Part shown: piece after piece, positions 1 through 12,853 of the stretch
Layout: each line of letters starts with the position of its first letter
Position numbering within the stretch: the first letter of the stretch is position 1
Assembly: GCA_016906335.1 (NCBI GenBank)
Contig: JADEYG010000012.1
Span: forward strand, 1,178,001 to 1,242,000
Direction: 5' to 3'
DNA from: Novakomyces olei
Lineage: Eukaryota
Length of the DNA stretch: 64,000 nt
Notes under the pieces: model-generated
Database searches by the model: none
Seen by the model: only the letters and a program-made list of their open reading frames with translations
Told to the model about the DNA's origin: nothing
Made by a program: the position numbers and the translations under genes

Positions 1-1606
1 ATCGCTTTTGACGAATATACGATTCTCCATCTTCCAGCATGTACCAGACGCATTGCATGTCGCGCAAATCGCCAATCGCTCCACCAATTGCCTCGTTCCT
101 TGTAAAAGTAGACATCAGCTTTTCTGCCTCCTCGTTTTGGTCGTTTCGTAAACAGTATTTAGCTGCTTTTGTATATATAAATCGATCACGGGTATCAAGC
201 TGTTTAGCGTGGCCCATGATTGTAGCAGCAAGCGAAATATTACCCGCATGTTTCATAAATCTTGCCTTGATCATGTGCACTTCCACTAATTGAGGAGTAA
301 GTTTTAGGGACTTATCACTAAGCTCAATTGCTTTTGTATAATCGCCCATGTAATCGTAAAACTGGGCTAACAAAAGGTAGCCCCAGGCCAGAGCTTCGCC
401 ATGCAGTTCGTTGCCTTCTTGACCCTCGTTTATAAGCAGCTCTAATTTTTTTTTGAGCGTATTGAATCGCAAGTTATCGGATAAGAAAGGCTTCAGACTC
501 ACAAATACCGAAGGTACACCATGTTGTAATTTTTTTAAAATAAATTGTGAAAGTAAATAGGAGGAAAATTCTTCCACATCAATCAACTCGTCCGCTAGCA
601 AGAGCGAAATGACGTCACTCTTAGGATATTGCTCCGCCAGTGTCTTGTAAAATCCGGCTGCATCGGTCTCCGTTCCAACCGACTTTTTGTATGACGTCAC
701 GTTGAGTTTGTTGTCGGGGTTAGTTTGCACCAAGGATTTATACAATTTTTGAGCTTCCGATAGACGGCCAGCTAAAAGCAAGCTTTTGGCTTGCATTTCC
801 TGCACTGTAGACTTGTCCAAGATTTGACTGCTCCATTTGCTGAGAAAGTTGTAGGCATTGTCGTACTCTTTAATCTCGATCAAGAGACCAGCGTGATACA
901 TGAGATTTTCACTATGCTCAAAATCATGCATCGTCGTAAACTCGGTTAAAGTATCCTCATAAGATTCCAGTACACGCAATGCTTTCTTAGTATCGCCTTT
1001 CATGTGATGAGCAACAGCCAAAGCCGTCCAATTAGCCCGCATTCCCGGTTTTGCCTGTAACAAAATATTCCTTGTATCTACAAGACCAGACCATTGGCCG
1101 AGTTGGCTTTGTAGTATAGCAAGATCACGAACTATTTGGATATTTTCCTTGTCAAATTTGAGAGAATTTACATAGCATTTGGCAGCTTCAGTATAATTCT
1201 TGTCCATTCGGTGCATTATGCCGAAAACATGCCAGCAAACGGCACTAGTCAAATCATTGCGAAGTCCTTTACGGACATAATCATAGCCCTCTGTTGCGTT
1301 GCCGTTACAGTTGAGCAGCAAGCCTTTTAAAGCCAGTGTTTCTGGTATAATTAGAATGACCCATTTGAAATACAAAAGTTAATAATAATATAATAATTGA
1401 ATGATCTCAGGGCAAATCTTACCTCCATGATCCTGGCGCTTAGCAAGAATTTGATCGACCGCTTTTAGTCCCTTGTCGTACTCCTTGTTTTCATAATCGC
1501 GCTGTCATTAACAAACTGATGGCAGAGACAGGTATTGAGATCTTACCAAAGCATCTCGAAAAAGAGTTGCTTCTTTGCCTTGCAGCTGCCGCTTAACATT
1601 GGCCAT
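1..1606 (-). CDS. NAT1: N-terminal acetyltransferase A auxiliary subunit (NAA15 family, TPR); 3' part runs off the window
   Basis: Hand splice: ATG 1606, introns 1502-1546 and 1342-1422 give MANVKRQLQGKEATLFRDAL/RDYENKEYDKGLKAVDQILAKRQDHG/ETLALKGLL, the typical NAA15 N-terminus. Confidence 0.9.
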
Positions 1607-1945
1607 TACGGGTCAAAGATAAATTTCCACAATTGCCAAGGTTTCAGTTGCTGCTATTATTTGGAAATATTCGACAATGATCGGCCTTTTACTGGCGCAA
1701 GGCAGGCTTCGGCAGGAAGAAAGGACGTGTTATTTTGATAATTGAAGAATTTGTATATAATAAAACATTGTTTTATATTTTAATAATTATTAGTCACAAA
1801 AGAATAACGTCGATTTATATTATAAATAATATCAGAATTAGCGGGCTTTAATATTCCTTCATTTTATTTGTTCCTTTATTTTATTTGTTCCTTTATTTTA
1901 TTTATTCGACTAATCTATATCGTACCGTCATAGAATTATATCATC

Positions 1946-3052
1946 ATGTCAGGCTCTTTACAACCATCAGAGAAAAGCGTTAAAGCCCTGTTTGAGACTG
2001 CGCTCGCGGCTATCGTAAAGTACGATGACGCTCGTTCACAGGTAAGCTTTAGGCAAATCCACAAAACAAAAATCTAACGGAATCAGGCAGACTTGGATAA
2101 AGCTCTAGTGGCTCTTGCCGAGTGCCGACAATTGCTACGGCAGACAAGCGCTTACAGCAGCAATGAGACAGTTGAAGATCTTTCTACTGCGGCAATTCGA
2201 TATTTACTAGTTGATTTTTACCTTGGCGTTTACACTCTGCAGCAAGATGGTAGGGGGAAGGCGAGGCTACAGCTCCTCAGTCGATCACAGGTAAGTCAAA
2301 TTTTTTTTTTGTTTAAATCAAAGGAATACGTTTACGAATAAAAGGCCTTTTTTGTAGCTTTCCTTGCGCGTTGCGATTCATATGAACTCCTTTCGGCTCC
2401 GGATCGAGACTTATTCGAAGCTTGGCGTGAAGGATCCGAGCAGCCCGCGCCAGCAGTTTCGGCAGAAAAAGCCCGTAATGACCGTATTGCTCGGTATAAA
2501 AGGCAGAAGCAGTTAAAGTCGGAAATTGTGCTTCTTTCAAAATCAGCAGCAAACGATGACGAAAGCGACGGCGACGAGGTAAGAGGTCTCGCTTTGAAGC
2601 AAGTGGAGAGCGCTGTTATGGAAGCACTGGACAATTTATCGTCTATCGCTGCGGAAACGGAGCTTTTGCGATCCGCACTGGATGACTCATTATCATCAGC
2701 GGAAGAAGAACATGATAAGGATACACAAGTTGAAAGACTCTCCTCGACAGGACCTTTACTTGACCCAAAGGGACGGCCGTTGCGTCCATTTATTATCACA
2801 AGTAAACGGAACGATTTGAAAGGCAAAGTGTTTGGACCGGGATACAATTTGCCGACAATGACGGTTGACGAGTACCTGGACGAGGAATTACGACGTGGTG
2901 GCATCTTGCCCAAGGAGACAAAGGCTGAAACTAAAGAAGATCCGGATGATGAGGACGTAGTAGACCGCGAGACGTATAAGGCTCGTGAATGGGACGAGTT
3001 TGTCGAAGCGAACCCGAAGGGATCAGGGAATCGGATGGTAAATAGGGGTTGA
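1946..3052 (+). CDS. TAP42: PP2A-associated protein TAP42/alpha4 (IGBP1)
   Basis: Introns 2042-2086 and 2291-2344; motifs SSNETVEDLST, VFGPGYNLPTMTVDEYL, KAREWDEFVEANPKGSGNRM. Confidence 0.92.
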
Positions 3053-3514
3053 CAAAGTGCCTCTGTGTGTACATATGTTCTAGGCGATAGTTCTTGATGA
3101 ATAAAATATAATTCAATTCAATTTAATCCGATTTAATTTAACGAAATAGAATAAGAATAGAATGAAAGAAGATTATTTCATTTTGTTAGACATTGAACTA
3201 CGGAGCACAATGCTTGTTTCAATGTTGTAATCTATACAAATCATAGTCAAAAACTTACATATTAACACCATGCATTATATGGTAGCCCTACTCCTAACGG
3301 ACAATTCGTACGAAACATACATAAATGAATTTAATTTTCAAATACCCGAACATATCCATATCATGCATGAATTTCATAATGCCCTATCCAACCCAAACAA
3401 ATATTGAAAATAGTAGCGAATAAAAGACATTTTGAATAAATAAACGAAAATAAACAGGTAAATAAACAAATGACAAATAATATCAAATAAAATGAAGCCA
3501 AATTAAAAATCCGT

Positions 3515-5526
3515 TCAATACAATGACAGCCGAAATCCGTTTCGCGCTATATGATTAGTATAATACGAAAATTCAGCCTTCATCTTACCCATTTCCATAT
3601 ACAAAGCTTCAATACACACGCGATCTTGCTGCATATCTTGCCATTTCCAGACTTCACAAAGAGCATCCGAAAGCGCAGCTACACTGGCCAAACAAATTGA
3701 CTCCATCTGATCTAATCGGTTTTGCACATAAACCCGTTCCTCCCCAAACGCGTGTGACCCAGCAGAAAAAAAAGCAAATAATAAAGCGGCCGCCGTTCTT
3801 GCAGTAGTAGGAATTTTACGTGTGGCCTCTCTGATTGCCCTTACTTGAGTCTGGATATAGCTTGATGTAGAAGGCATATCCCGCAATCTACCATAGAAAT
3901 GTACAAGGGCAGCTGCATGGAAAGCTTCATCACAAGCCAATAATTGCTCTTCCTGAGACCCGGGAACAACGATCAAACCTACACGTTTAATTGCAGCCTC
4001 CTCATGAGCAAGCCAGAGCTCTTTTTCCAGACTAAGAATATCTGCTTCCAAGCTAGCATCTTTCAATTTCCGTGGCAAAATGTGTCGCTTCCGTTTCGTC
4101 AGAGTTACGAGACGAAGCAGCAATGGAGCCAGGCGAGAAGAAAACCCTAATAATGGATCCACAACTTTGCCTGATTCCGGATCGCTGGCCATTTCGTTCC
4201 AATATGTTTCAATTGGTGGATCATCTTTCTCATCAAATTCACCAACGCCGACAATTCCCAAATTGCAAACGAGAAAGGCATAAGTCAGCCATTTAAGGAG
4301 AAACCATTTATTATAACTCGCACCCATTTTTTGGTAAAGGCACTGAAAGGCAAAGTACTTTGCTCCATTTAAATGCGTTTGCCAGATAGCCGGCTGATTG
4401 CTATTGACAAAGGACGTACAAAGGGCTAGACAAGTAGCCAAACAAGTCTCGTGGTTTATCTTTCTGACACCGTCCGAAGCCATTGCTGCCTTAACATCTG
4501 CCTGCAAGCTAACAAAAGCCTTTCCATACAGTTCGTCGGTGAGGCTCGAGTAAAAATTGGTTGGCATACTGAGCTGTTTAGTACGATGCATTACCGCCAG
4601 ATGCAAAAGTGCGTAAACAAGGTGTGGAGTCTTCATCGCCATTGGTGCAAGTGTCCATACATAGGGCGTATCATACTCGTGAATAGCGCAGTACCGGGCT
4701 GTTCTTTGCAGGTAAAAGTCCCAAAAGAAAAGTAGTTGCGGAGAAGTCAGTATTTGATCGGGTACAGGCAGGCTCGTGTCGGGGCTAATCGACATGACAT
4801 GGCGCAGATCAACGTTTTGAAATGCCGGCCGAGCCGTACTAAACGCATCTCCCGCCGTTAAGTCTTGGACTAGAGCCATAAAGTCCTGTTCTGCTGCTTT
4901 TTGATCTGCAGTGTTTGGATGCCAGCGTACAGTGTTCCATTCTGCCGATTTGGGCCGAAGAAAAATATCTGCAGATCCATCTTCGCCTCTTTGTGCCGAG
5001 TACAGCCGAAGTCTTTTACGTACAAATCCTTCTTCTTCTTCTTCTTCGTCTTTTTCTTTTGTATTATATTCATCAAACTCTTCAGTTGCTCTACTTTCTT
5101 TTGCATGTCTTACTCCTTCCTCCTTGCCCCCTGCTTGTGCTCCTTGTTCCTCTTCAACAATCTCTTCATAATCCCTATTTCCAAGGCTTACAGCCTCATC
5201 AAAAGCAGTTATATTGCCCCTGTTTGTCACACCTTCTTCATTCTGAGGAGGCGAGAAAGGCGGAGACGCTATCCCCATAGGACCGCGTTGAGCAGAAAAA
5301 GACTCGACCACAGTCGGAGCTTTGACGTTCGGTGTCCATCTCAGTTCAAATTGATATACGCAGGACGAGTTGGTTTTACGGCACCGTTCGCACGCCGGCC
5401 GATCCAAATTGCACTATGCGTTAACAAGACTTTTATAGAATACGATTCTCAAGATACCTTTCGACGTCTTCTTTTGCATTCGAGGCAGCGGCCACGATTC
5501 CGTGTTATACGCGTCCGCTCGTCCAT
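3515..5526 (-). CDS. Zn(II)2Cys6 fungal transcription factor
   Basis: ATG 5526; intron 5414-5457 joins CLECKRRRRK/CNLDRPACERCRKTNSSC (6 Cys); fungal TF-like C-terminal domain; probable last intron 3547-3588. Confidence 0.88.
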
Positions 5527-6210
5527 TCGATCATGAAAGAGAAGAGTAATTATTGCCGTCCGAATTCGCTGCTTTTAGGTTCAGTCTGCTGATTACTGGC
5601 GTATCATAATTAATCGATTATACCCTATTAGAGTCGTAAATTTCATCATATTATCATGGACGAGATAAGCAAAGTCTAGATTAAAATAAACTCTTGGTGA
5701 GATACGCCGAGCATCTCATGATTTATACTTTGGAGAATACGGCAATTGATTCGGCTCGGCAAATCAAATCAAGAGCTGATACTTGAGACAGTAAAAACAT
5801 GGTTTTGAGACATTGTAGTGTAAATTGCGTGTACTCTACAGCGCCACTAAGCCCACTGTATAAATGTTTCACGATGTTAGTCATGAATTGTGTAACAGAT
5901 TCACATGCTATTTTATTTTAAGTTTACCCGCATGTTCACCTCGGCAGTTGGGAATCCCGATCGGATTCCGGGCAAAAGGTGCCTTCTTCAATATAAATTA
6001 CAAATTAAATTCTACCGCGATTCCTAGCGTCGAGTGTTGGATACACAAGACTCTCACAATAAACCCTACATTAAAAAAGTATATAAAAATCTTTTGATTT
6101 TTATCTAATGTCAAAAGACGTCTTTATTGTATGACCAATAATCAATCAGCCGTCCAATAATGGCATTTATTTGTATTTGATATTCATTATGCTTTCGTAA
6201 TTTCTGCAAA

Positions 6211-7383
6211 TCACCATTGGGAATTCGGCCTGTCCGCAATCAAGGGCACTTTAACCATAAGACCCATGATTTCAAAAATCAAATCTGCTGCTGCCATCGT
6301 GGTAAGCTCGGCATTGGTATCATAAGCTGGTGCAACTTCCACGATATCGGCACCAACAAATTTGAGACCGTCCAGGCCGCGTACAATCTCACGCAGCTCG
6401 CGAGTGCTCCAGCCACCAGTCTCTGGGGTGCCAGTTGCGGGGGCAAATGCCGGATCAAGCGTGTCGATATCGATGGACAAGTAGACGGGATCGTCGCCAA
6501 TAGTTTCCCGAATCTTGCTAATGATTCCCTGGACACCCATGGTATCAATCTCCCGTGCCTCGACGATATGGAATCCACAAGAGGCATCGTTCTCATAGTC
6601 AGACATACCCGACAGTGTAGTGCGAATACCGGCGTGGATATTGCTGTTGTTGGAGATCAAACCTTCTTGCGCAGCGTGGTACCAGTATGTGCCGTGGTTT
6701 ACCGACGCAGTTTTAGACAGACTGCCGCCAAACACACTGGGCTTCCACGTATCCAAATGCGAGTCAAAGTGGATAACTTTGACAGGTCCGTAAGCAGAGT
6801 AGATACTGCGCATAAGTGGGAGAGAGATTGTATGGTCACCGCCGAGGGTAATGATACGCGGGAAAACCTTGCCGTTGCTGCCGAACCCAGGCTTGTCCGC
6901 ATAAGTAGAAGGCGCACGGTGCAGCAGATCCTTGTGCCCATCCTCAATCTGCTTAATAGCAAAAGCAGAATCGTAAGAAGTAGTAGCAACGTCACCGCAA
7001 TCGACCACGTTAGCCCATGAATTGAAGACGTTTACGTCGAGTGGGACGTTGTAGCCTCCGTACAAGTTGAGCCGGCGTGATCCCTGACGGATCCCGTTCG
7101 GGCCGAATCGGGCACCGGGACGGTACGACGTGCCAATGTCAAAGGGAGCGCCCATAATAGCGATATCAAAGTGGGTATCCTCGCCGAAGCATTGCTTGTA
7201 CGGCAGTTTGCCGAATGTTGAGATTCCAGAAAAGATGGAATCGGCCTGCTTACCTCCATCACCGGGGACTGCGCCATAGGCCTCAGCGTTCTCCGCACTG
7301 AATTGCATTTGGTGTTCATGGTTGTGGCCGGGATGGCCGCTCACCAGAGCGGCTACTGCAGCCAGAACTAAGGGAGCCAACAT
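6211..7383 (-). CDS. Ureohydrolase (agmatinase/guanidinobutyrase-like) with N-terminal signal peptide
   Basis: Intronless ORF; RPGARFGP, GGDHTI, HFDSHLDT and SIDIDTLDPAFAPATGT Mn-binding motifs; hydrophobic N-terminus. Confidence 0.93.
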   Translation of the reverse strand: MLAPLVLAAVAALVSGHPGHNHEHQMQFSAENAEAYGAVPGDGGKQADSIFSGISTFGKLPYKQCFGEDTHFDIAIMGAPFDIGTSYRPGARFGPNGIRQGSRRLNLYGGYNVPLDVNVFNSWANVVDCGDVATTSYDSAFAIKQIEDGHKDLLHRAPSTYADKPGFGSNGKVFPRIITLGGDHTISLPLMRSIYSAYGPVKVIHFDSHLDTWKPSVFGGSLSKTASVNHGTYWYHAAQEGLISNNSNIHAGIRTTLSGMSDYENDASCGFHIVEAREIDTMGVQGIISKIRETIGDDPVYLSIDIDTLDPAFAPATGTPETGGWSTRELREIVRGLDGLKFVGADIVEVAPAYDTNAELTTMAAADLIFEIMGLMVKVPLIADRPNSQW

Positions 7384-8338
7384 TGCCGGCTGATGGGGAA
7401 GAAGGGAGGCAGTTGAATTGATTAGGGGAGAAGAATTTTTAAGGAAGAATAAAAGGCACTTTCTTCTCCTGCCAGATACTCTTCTTTTTGCCGGCTACAC
7501 TAGTGGGTCGGGCCAGTATTTAAATTATACTTGTCGGAGCGCATTTGCGCTTCCGCTCACGCAGTTTCCCTGTTTGACAGGTCGACGCACTTTTCGGCCA
7601 CGATTCTCCGTCCCGTGAACGCGTGGAGCGCGATCATTGCCCGGGGCAAATCGCTTCCCAATTGGGTAATACGATGCGTGCCCGCCCACGCGCGCTTGTC
7701 AATCATAACGGTCCGTATAAAGACAAATTGGTTGGAATTATATAAAAAATTTATATATATACCGCTATTATTTTCGGGTCTATAAACTTATAGGGAACGC
7801 AATTTAGTCGCCGTCTGATCACCATTTAATAGTCGCCATTTAGTACGGTTTAATTCAGGTGCGCTCTCTCACCTTTCGACGTTCTACTTCTAATGCGTTG
7901 CTGTTGATCTGTTTATATTTCGTGATTAAATCGTTATTCCGAGTCTAACGCTCCTTGCTCCGTCTGAATATGTAAAATTGTCGAAAAGCAAAATATACAT
8001 GATTTCTATGTAGGAATCCAAGATTTAACGCAGCCCCAGACGAATCTGAAATTGAAAGCTCTCTTTTAATGATAGTATGGTGTTGTAGTGTATTGAACTA
8101 GAAATATTGTAAATACTACTCAATACAAAACTAATTAGAATGGATCAGTGTAGTTGACTGTTCATTAAATCTGGGTTCAACAGTAAACGTGCGTTTAGAT
8201 CTGGCAGAGAAAGAAATAAAACAAAAGACTACGTAGTGTGGTATTTGATTTAGCTGACAAACAAATTTATTCTTTTAGTTGTGATGCAATTTCCTTTTCT
8301 TAATCTATTCATGGTCAATATACACAATCCAAACCTGT

Positions 8339-9751
8339 CTAGTCGTGAGCAAGACGTTCCTGTGCCTTTGTAACCTCCTTCTTCCAGTTTGTAATATAAA
8401 CAATGGTCCATTCGAGAATTCCCACGAGGAACAACGCAACGCACTGGCCGATCCAAAGTCCTGTTAATCCCCACCCATGAAATGCGAGGTAAACACCCGA
8501 GGGCAATGCGCCCGCATAATATGCGACAATATTGACGAGCGCTCCAATATGTTGTCGACCCATCCCACGCAGTGACCCACCACAGGACCCATTCAGGCCG
8601 TCTGCCACTTGGAAAGCGGCAACATACGGCATTACTTGCGCGACTAAACGTACAACATCTACGTCATCGCTAAAGATGCGGCCGTACACGTTTCTCACGG
8701 CCAGCATGATAATCATGACAACGCTGCCGGCGGCAATACTCACCCATGCGGCTACGTGGGCTGCACGAGCTGCGCCGCGAACATGGCGTTCTCCCAGCAA
8801 ATTGCCCACACGAGCCGACGCGGCCACACCGATACCAAAGGGAATAGTATTCAGGACTTGATCTGTCGTCATGATAACACTCTGTGCTGCCAACGGCACA
8901 GTACCAAGTCGGCCAGCAGCAAGGGCGACAATCTCAAAAGCCCACCACTCCGTGCCCACGTGAATTACACCCATAATAGCGAGACGCGCCACTGTTCCCA
9001 GATTAGCCCACGCTTCACGGGAAAACCCTGCCCAGCAGGCAGAGCCCTGTATGAACTTGCTGTAAAGGCACAGCAAAATAAAAGCGAGCCAATAAGAGAC
9101 ACCAGTAGCTAATGGGGCACCATCAAGGCCCCAACCCAAAGTGTGGACGGCGATATAGTTTAGGGCAAAATTAATCGGGGAGACAATGAGGAGGACAAAT
9201 GTGCCTGCTCTCATTATACCCTGTGCCTGCAAGTACTTTTTCACACTTTCAAACATAATGTAGCCGAGTCCACCGGGTATCAACAGACGCAGGAATCGGG
9301 CAGAAGTATGGGAAATATCAGCATCTTCACCTAAAGCCAAAAAAAGTGGCTCAGCAAAGTACCAGAGCACACACACTGGCACGTAAAACGCAGTCAATAC
9401 AATCATTGCCCGTTGTAGCAAGATGCCCATCTCTCGTGGATCTTTATTACTCGTAAAGCAAGTACTGCACAGCGTATCTAGGGCAGTAGTCCCCCCAAGT
9501 GCAATTAACCAGGCCGAAGACATGGCAAACATATAACTAAAGGCAGCAGTAGCTAACGCTTCGGCAGATAAACGGCCCACGACGAAAACTGACAAGGTTT
9601 GCAGCGAGTTTTGTAAAGTATAAGCCAGAATCACGGGGATAGATGACGACAAAATGCGTCCAAACTCTGAAGGAAGACTCGCCAATGGCTGAGAGTCATC
9701 GTCAGAGTGGTCGAGTAGCCGTGTACGCTCCGTCGCTACTTGTTCAGCCAT
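8339..9751 (-). CDS. MATE family efflux transporter (ERC1-like)
   Basis: 470 aa multi-TM ORF; ALDTLCS, EWWAFEI, RVGNLLG, LRGMGRQHIGA motifs. Confidence 0.92.
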   Translation of the reverse strand: MAEQVATERTRLLDHSDDDSQPLASLPSEFGRILSSSIPVILAYTLQNSLQTLSVFVVGRLSAEALATAAFSYMFAMSSAWLIALGGTTALDTLCSTCFTSNKDPREMGILLQRAMIVLTAFYVPVCVLWYFAEPLFLALGEDADISHTSARFLRLLIPGGLGYIMFESVKKYLQAQGIMRAGTFVLLIVSPINFALNYIAVHTLGWGLDGAPLATGVSYWLAFILLCLYSKFIQGSACWAGFSREAWANLGTVARLAIMGVIHVGTEWWAFEIVALAAGRLGTVPLAAQSVIMTTDQVLNTIPFGIGVAASARVGNLLGERHVRGAARAAHVAAWVSIAAGSVVMIIMLAVRNVYGRIFSDDVDVVRLVAQVMPYVAAFQVADGLNGSCGGSLRGMGRQHIGALVNIVAYYAGALPSGVYLAFHGWGLTGLWIGQCVALFLVGILEWTIVYITNWKKEVTKAQERLAHD

Positions 9752-10335
9752 ATTCGTGACAGACTTGTCTCTTCTCTCTTATAACGTCTCGGGCGCAGCA
9801 ATTTGATCTAGTTTTCCCAATCAATGGACCAATTGGCCTTGCTGACAAACAGTACAAGCCCAGTGCCTCCCTTGGCAGAATCCGAATTAGCCTTAATACC
9901 TTTAGCTGCAAACCAGTCTCGCCCTGCTGATCTGCCCAGTGTCCTTACCGAGGCAGTCTTTATAAAGTATACTATAGCTTCAGCAAAGGGACCTTGGCAC
10001 TATTGTATTGTTATATAAAGTACGTTTGTCCGGGCCTTTACCCTTCCGTCGAGTCCCTTCACGCTGATTAGAACTTTTCCATATATTATTCTACTGCGTA
10101 GAAGCCCGCCTAACTATTCCGAATAGGGAAGCCAATAGCGCCCTCTGGAAAAGGATAATCAGCGCGTACCGAAAACTTTATCTGCATAGGAGCGTTTCGA
10201 CGCCCGATAATTATTAGGCGATGAGTTACGAACATTAATATTCAAGTTAGCTTTTGATTTGCAAAACTGGCCAGCCATTTAAATCCGAGATTTATCTGCG
10301 GAGCCTAAATAAACCTAAATAAAGTAAAAGTAAAT

Positions 10336-10403
10336 GAAACCAAATGAAACCAAATGAAACCAAATAAAACCAAATGAAACTAAGCGAAACTAAACGAAAC
10401 TAA
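10336..10403. repeat. 10-bp tandem repeat (GAAACCAAAT-like, about 7 copies)
   Basis: Visible tandem array in the MATE/MFS divergent intergenic region. Confidence 0.8.
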
Positions 10404-10682
10404 ATATATAAACGCTACTATGAAATAACAAAAGTATCGGCAGGCGCATATAGTTTACTAGGAACAATTTGAAAAATTATTTATACACAAAAGTAACACA
10501 ATATGCGTGCGCTAATATGATAAGATCGTATTTAATTCGGAACGACGTATCGTTTGACAGGTATCCCACGCGATAGCGCAACTGATAACCTGCCTGACGT
10601 GTTTTCCATAGACCGTCAAATCGGGCCTTTATATATTCCGTTCTGCCACATTGCAATTTTTTAATAAACTGCCAATTGTAAA

Positions 10683-12460
10683 ATGGCTGTGCCGTCAAGG
10701 TCAGCCTCTCCGTCAGAGAAAAATGTGATCCCTTTAAAAGATGTCCGTGGAGACAATAATGAAAATCGCGGCACAAAAGAAGGCGACCAAGCAGAAGGCA
10801 CAGAGGGCGAAGTATACGTTACCAACGTGCAACAAGGCCATGAAGTCGCGCTCTATCCAATGCCAACGGTCGACCGATTCGATCCATTGAACTTTCCGCG
10901 CTGGCGTAAATACTTGATTCTGGCTATCGTCATGTTCAATTACTTTCTGTTCACCTATTTAACAACGACTACGTAAGTGAAATTAAGGTTCTCCTATTTG
11001 CCTATGCACATTTGCTTTTGTGTACACACAAACACAAGCTACTCATGATCAATGATCTTGTTTACCGTGCATAACTAATTTCTGTCAATTTGCGCAACCA
11101 TTCTTTGTAGCTATTTTATCTGATCGTATATCTAACCAACAGTGTCCCCACATTTACTGCCCTGCAAGATACATATGGCATTTCATACTCAGAAGTCAAT
11201 TGGACCGTTGCCATCCCGGCCCTCGGTCTGGCTGTGGGCCCATTGTTTTGGTCCAGTTTTGCTTCGATTTGTGGTCGCAGAATCATAATGATATTGGGCA
11301 CTATCATCTCTCTTGCCGCCACAATTGGTGCTGCCTGGGCTGATAATTACGGAGGATACATGGCCGCCCGATTCTTCCAAGGCTTTGGGGTCAGTCCTGC
11401 TGCCACTGTCGGTCTCAGTATAATAAATGATATTTTCTACGAACACGAACGCGGCCAAAAGACTGGGTTATGGGTGCTCTCTCTCGATATGGGCCTGCTT
11501 GTGGGTCCACTGATTGGAGGCTTTATCGCAATCCCCGATTATCGCTGGCCGCAATGGCTTATGATTATCTTTTTCGGAGTCCAGCTTATGCTGCAAGTGC
11601 TTTTGCTACCAGAAACTCTTTACCCTCGTGGATACATGTTGAGCAACGGTTATGGTATCGGGAGCACAAGATCGGAATCCGCTTCAAAGGAAGCTATTCC
11701 CCTTGACTTCAAGCGGACTACGCAACTTCCCTTCTTCAATTTCCGTAAAGTACCCATGGTCGTGCAAGTTAAACCGTGGGCGGCAATACTTAATTTTCTT
11801 CGGCTCTGGATGTACCCGAATATCTCGTTTTCGGTGTTCGTTTATTGCTTCCTCTGGTATTGGTGGGTGCTTTCTGTGTCGACTATGATTCCTGATGCTT
11901 ATGCAAACTATTCACCACAAATCCAGGGCCTGCTTTTCCTCGGGCTCATTATTGGAACGTTGATTTCCGAGGTGTTTTTCAGTGGAACATTGAGCGATAT
12001 TATTGTGAAAAAACTGAGTGAGCGGTACGGGAAGCGAACCCCAGAGATGCGTCTTTGGCTCGCTTACCCCGCAGCTATTCTATCTTTTGTCGGATTAGTT
12101 ATTTTCGGAGTTGCAGTACAGCGAGAATACCATTGGATTGTGAGTCAAGTTGGCCTAGCTCTTTTTGCCGCTGGACTGCAAACAGGAAATACCGTTGTTT
12201 CTTCGTATATTGTCGACGTCTACCCCGCCTATACGATGGATGTAATTACATTTTACTCGGTCATTCTCAACTTGTCGGCGTTTATTGATCCATTCTTTAT
12301 AGCCAATTGGACCTATGCGAACGGGTATACCTGGTGCTTCACGGCCCAAGGTTTGCTTTGTTTGGCCGGCGGAGTTGGGCTGGCAATTCTACACTTTTTT
12401 GGTGCTACTTGGCGAGAGCGGGTAGGCATACCTCGGTGGGCTGCTGCGACAGAGTCATAG
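10683..12460 (+). CDS. MFS transporter (DHA1-like)
   Basis: Exon 1 (DPLNFPRWRK) joined by intron 10973-11142 (GTAAGT...CTAAC...CAG); GRR, ARFFQGFG, ERG, PETLY, PEMRL motifs. Confidence 0.9.
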
Positions 12461-12853
12461 CAGTGTTTGATTGGTTTTTTGTTTTGATTTCGTTTTAATA
12501 AAAGTAATTTACAGCAGTTTACAAATAAAAATCATGTTTACATCCTATACACGGAGACGTCTGCCATTTCGGTGCAACAATTTCCCACTTGTGCTACTTG
12601 TGAATAATATAAAGTAATGCGTAGTCCAAGCCACGGTTCGCGTTATCGTTTTTTATATTCAATTATTTGATATATAAATCTATGGATACGCTTCAATAAT
12701 GCCCATAAGATTACTTAATGACTGGATTTTTCCTTTCTCGCTCTATTCTTCCATATCCAAACAAGACGCTCGTGTCTTCAGGTGCGTATAGTATTAATAA
12801 TAATCCTAGAAATGTCAGAACCTCCGGAGAATGAGACGGAATATTAGATCAGC

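Noticed and set aside
6217-7020. Long antisense ORFs over the ureohydrolase (similar ones over RVS167, GSY1 and VPS41)
   Set aside because: Shadow ORFs of codon-biased genes with no recognisable motifs
10973-11142. snoRNA in the MFS intron (ATGATC...CTGA); the ASN1 intron 61452-61691 was also inspected
   Set aside because: No proper C box, terminal stem or rRNA complement recognised
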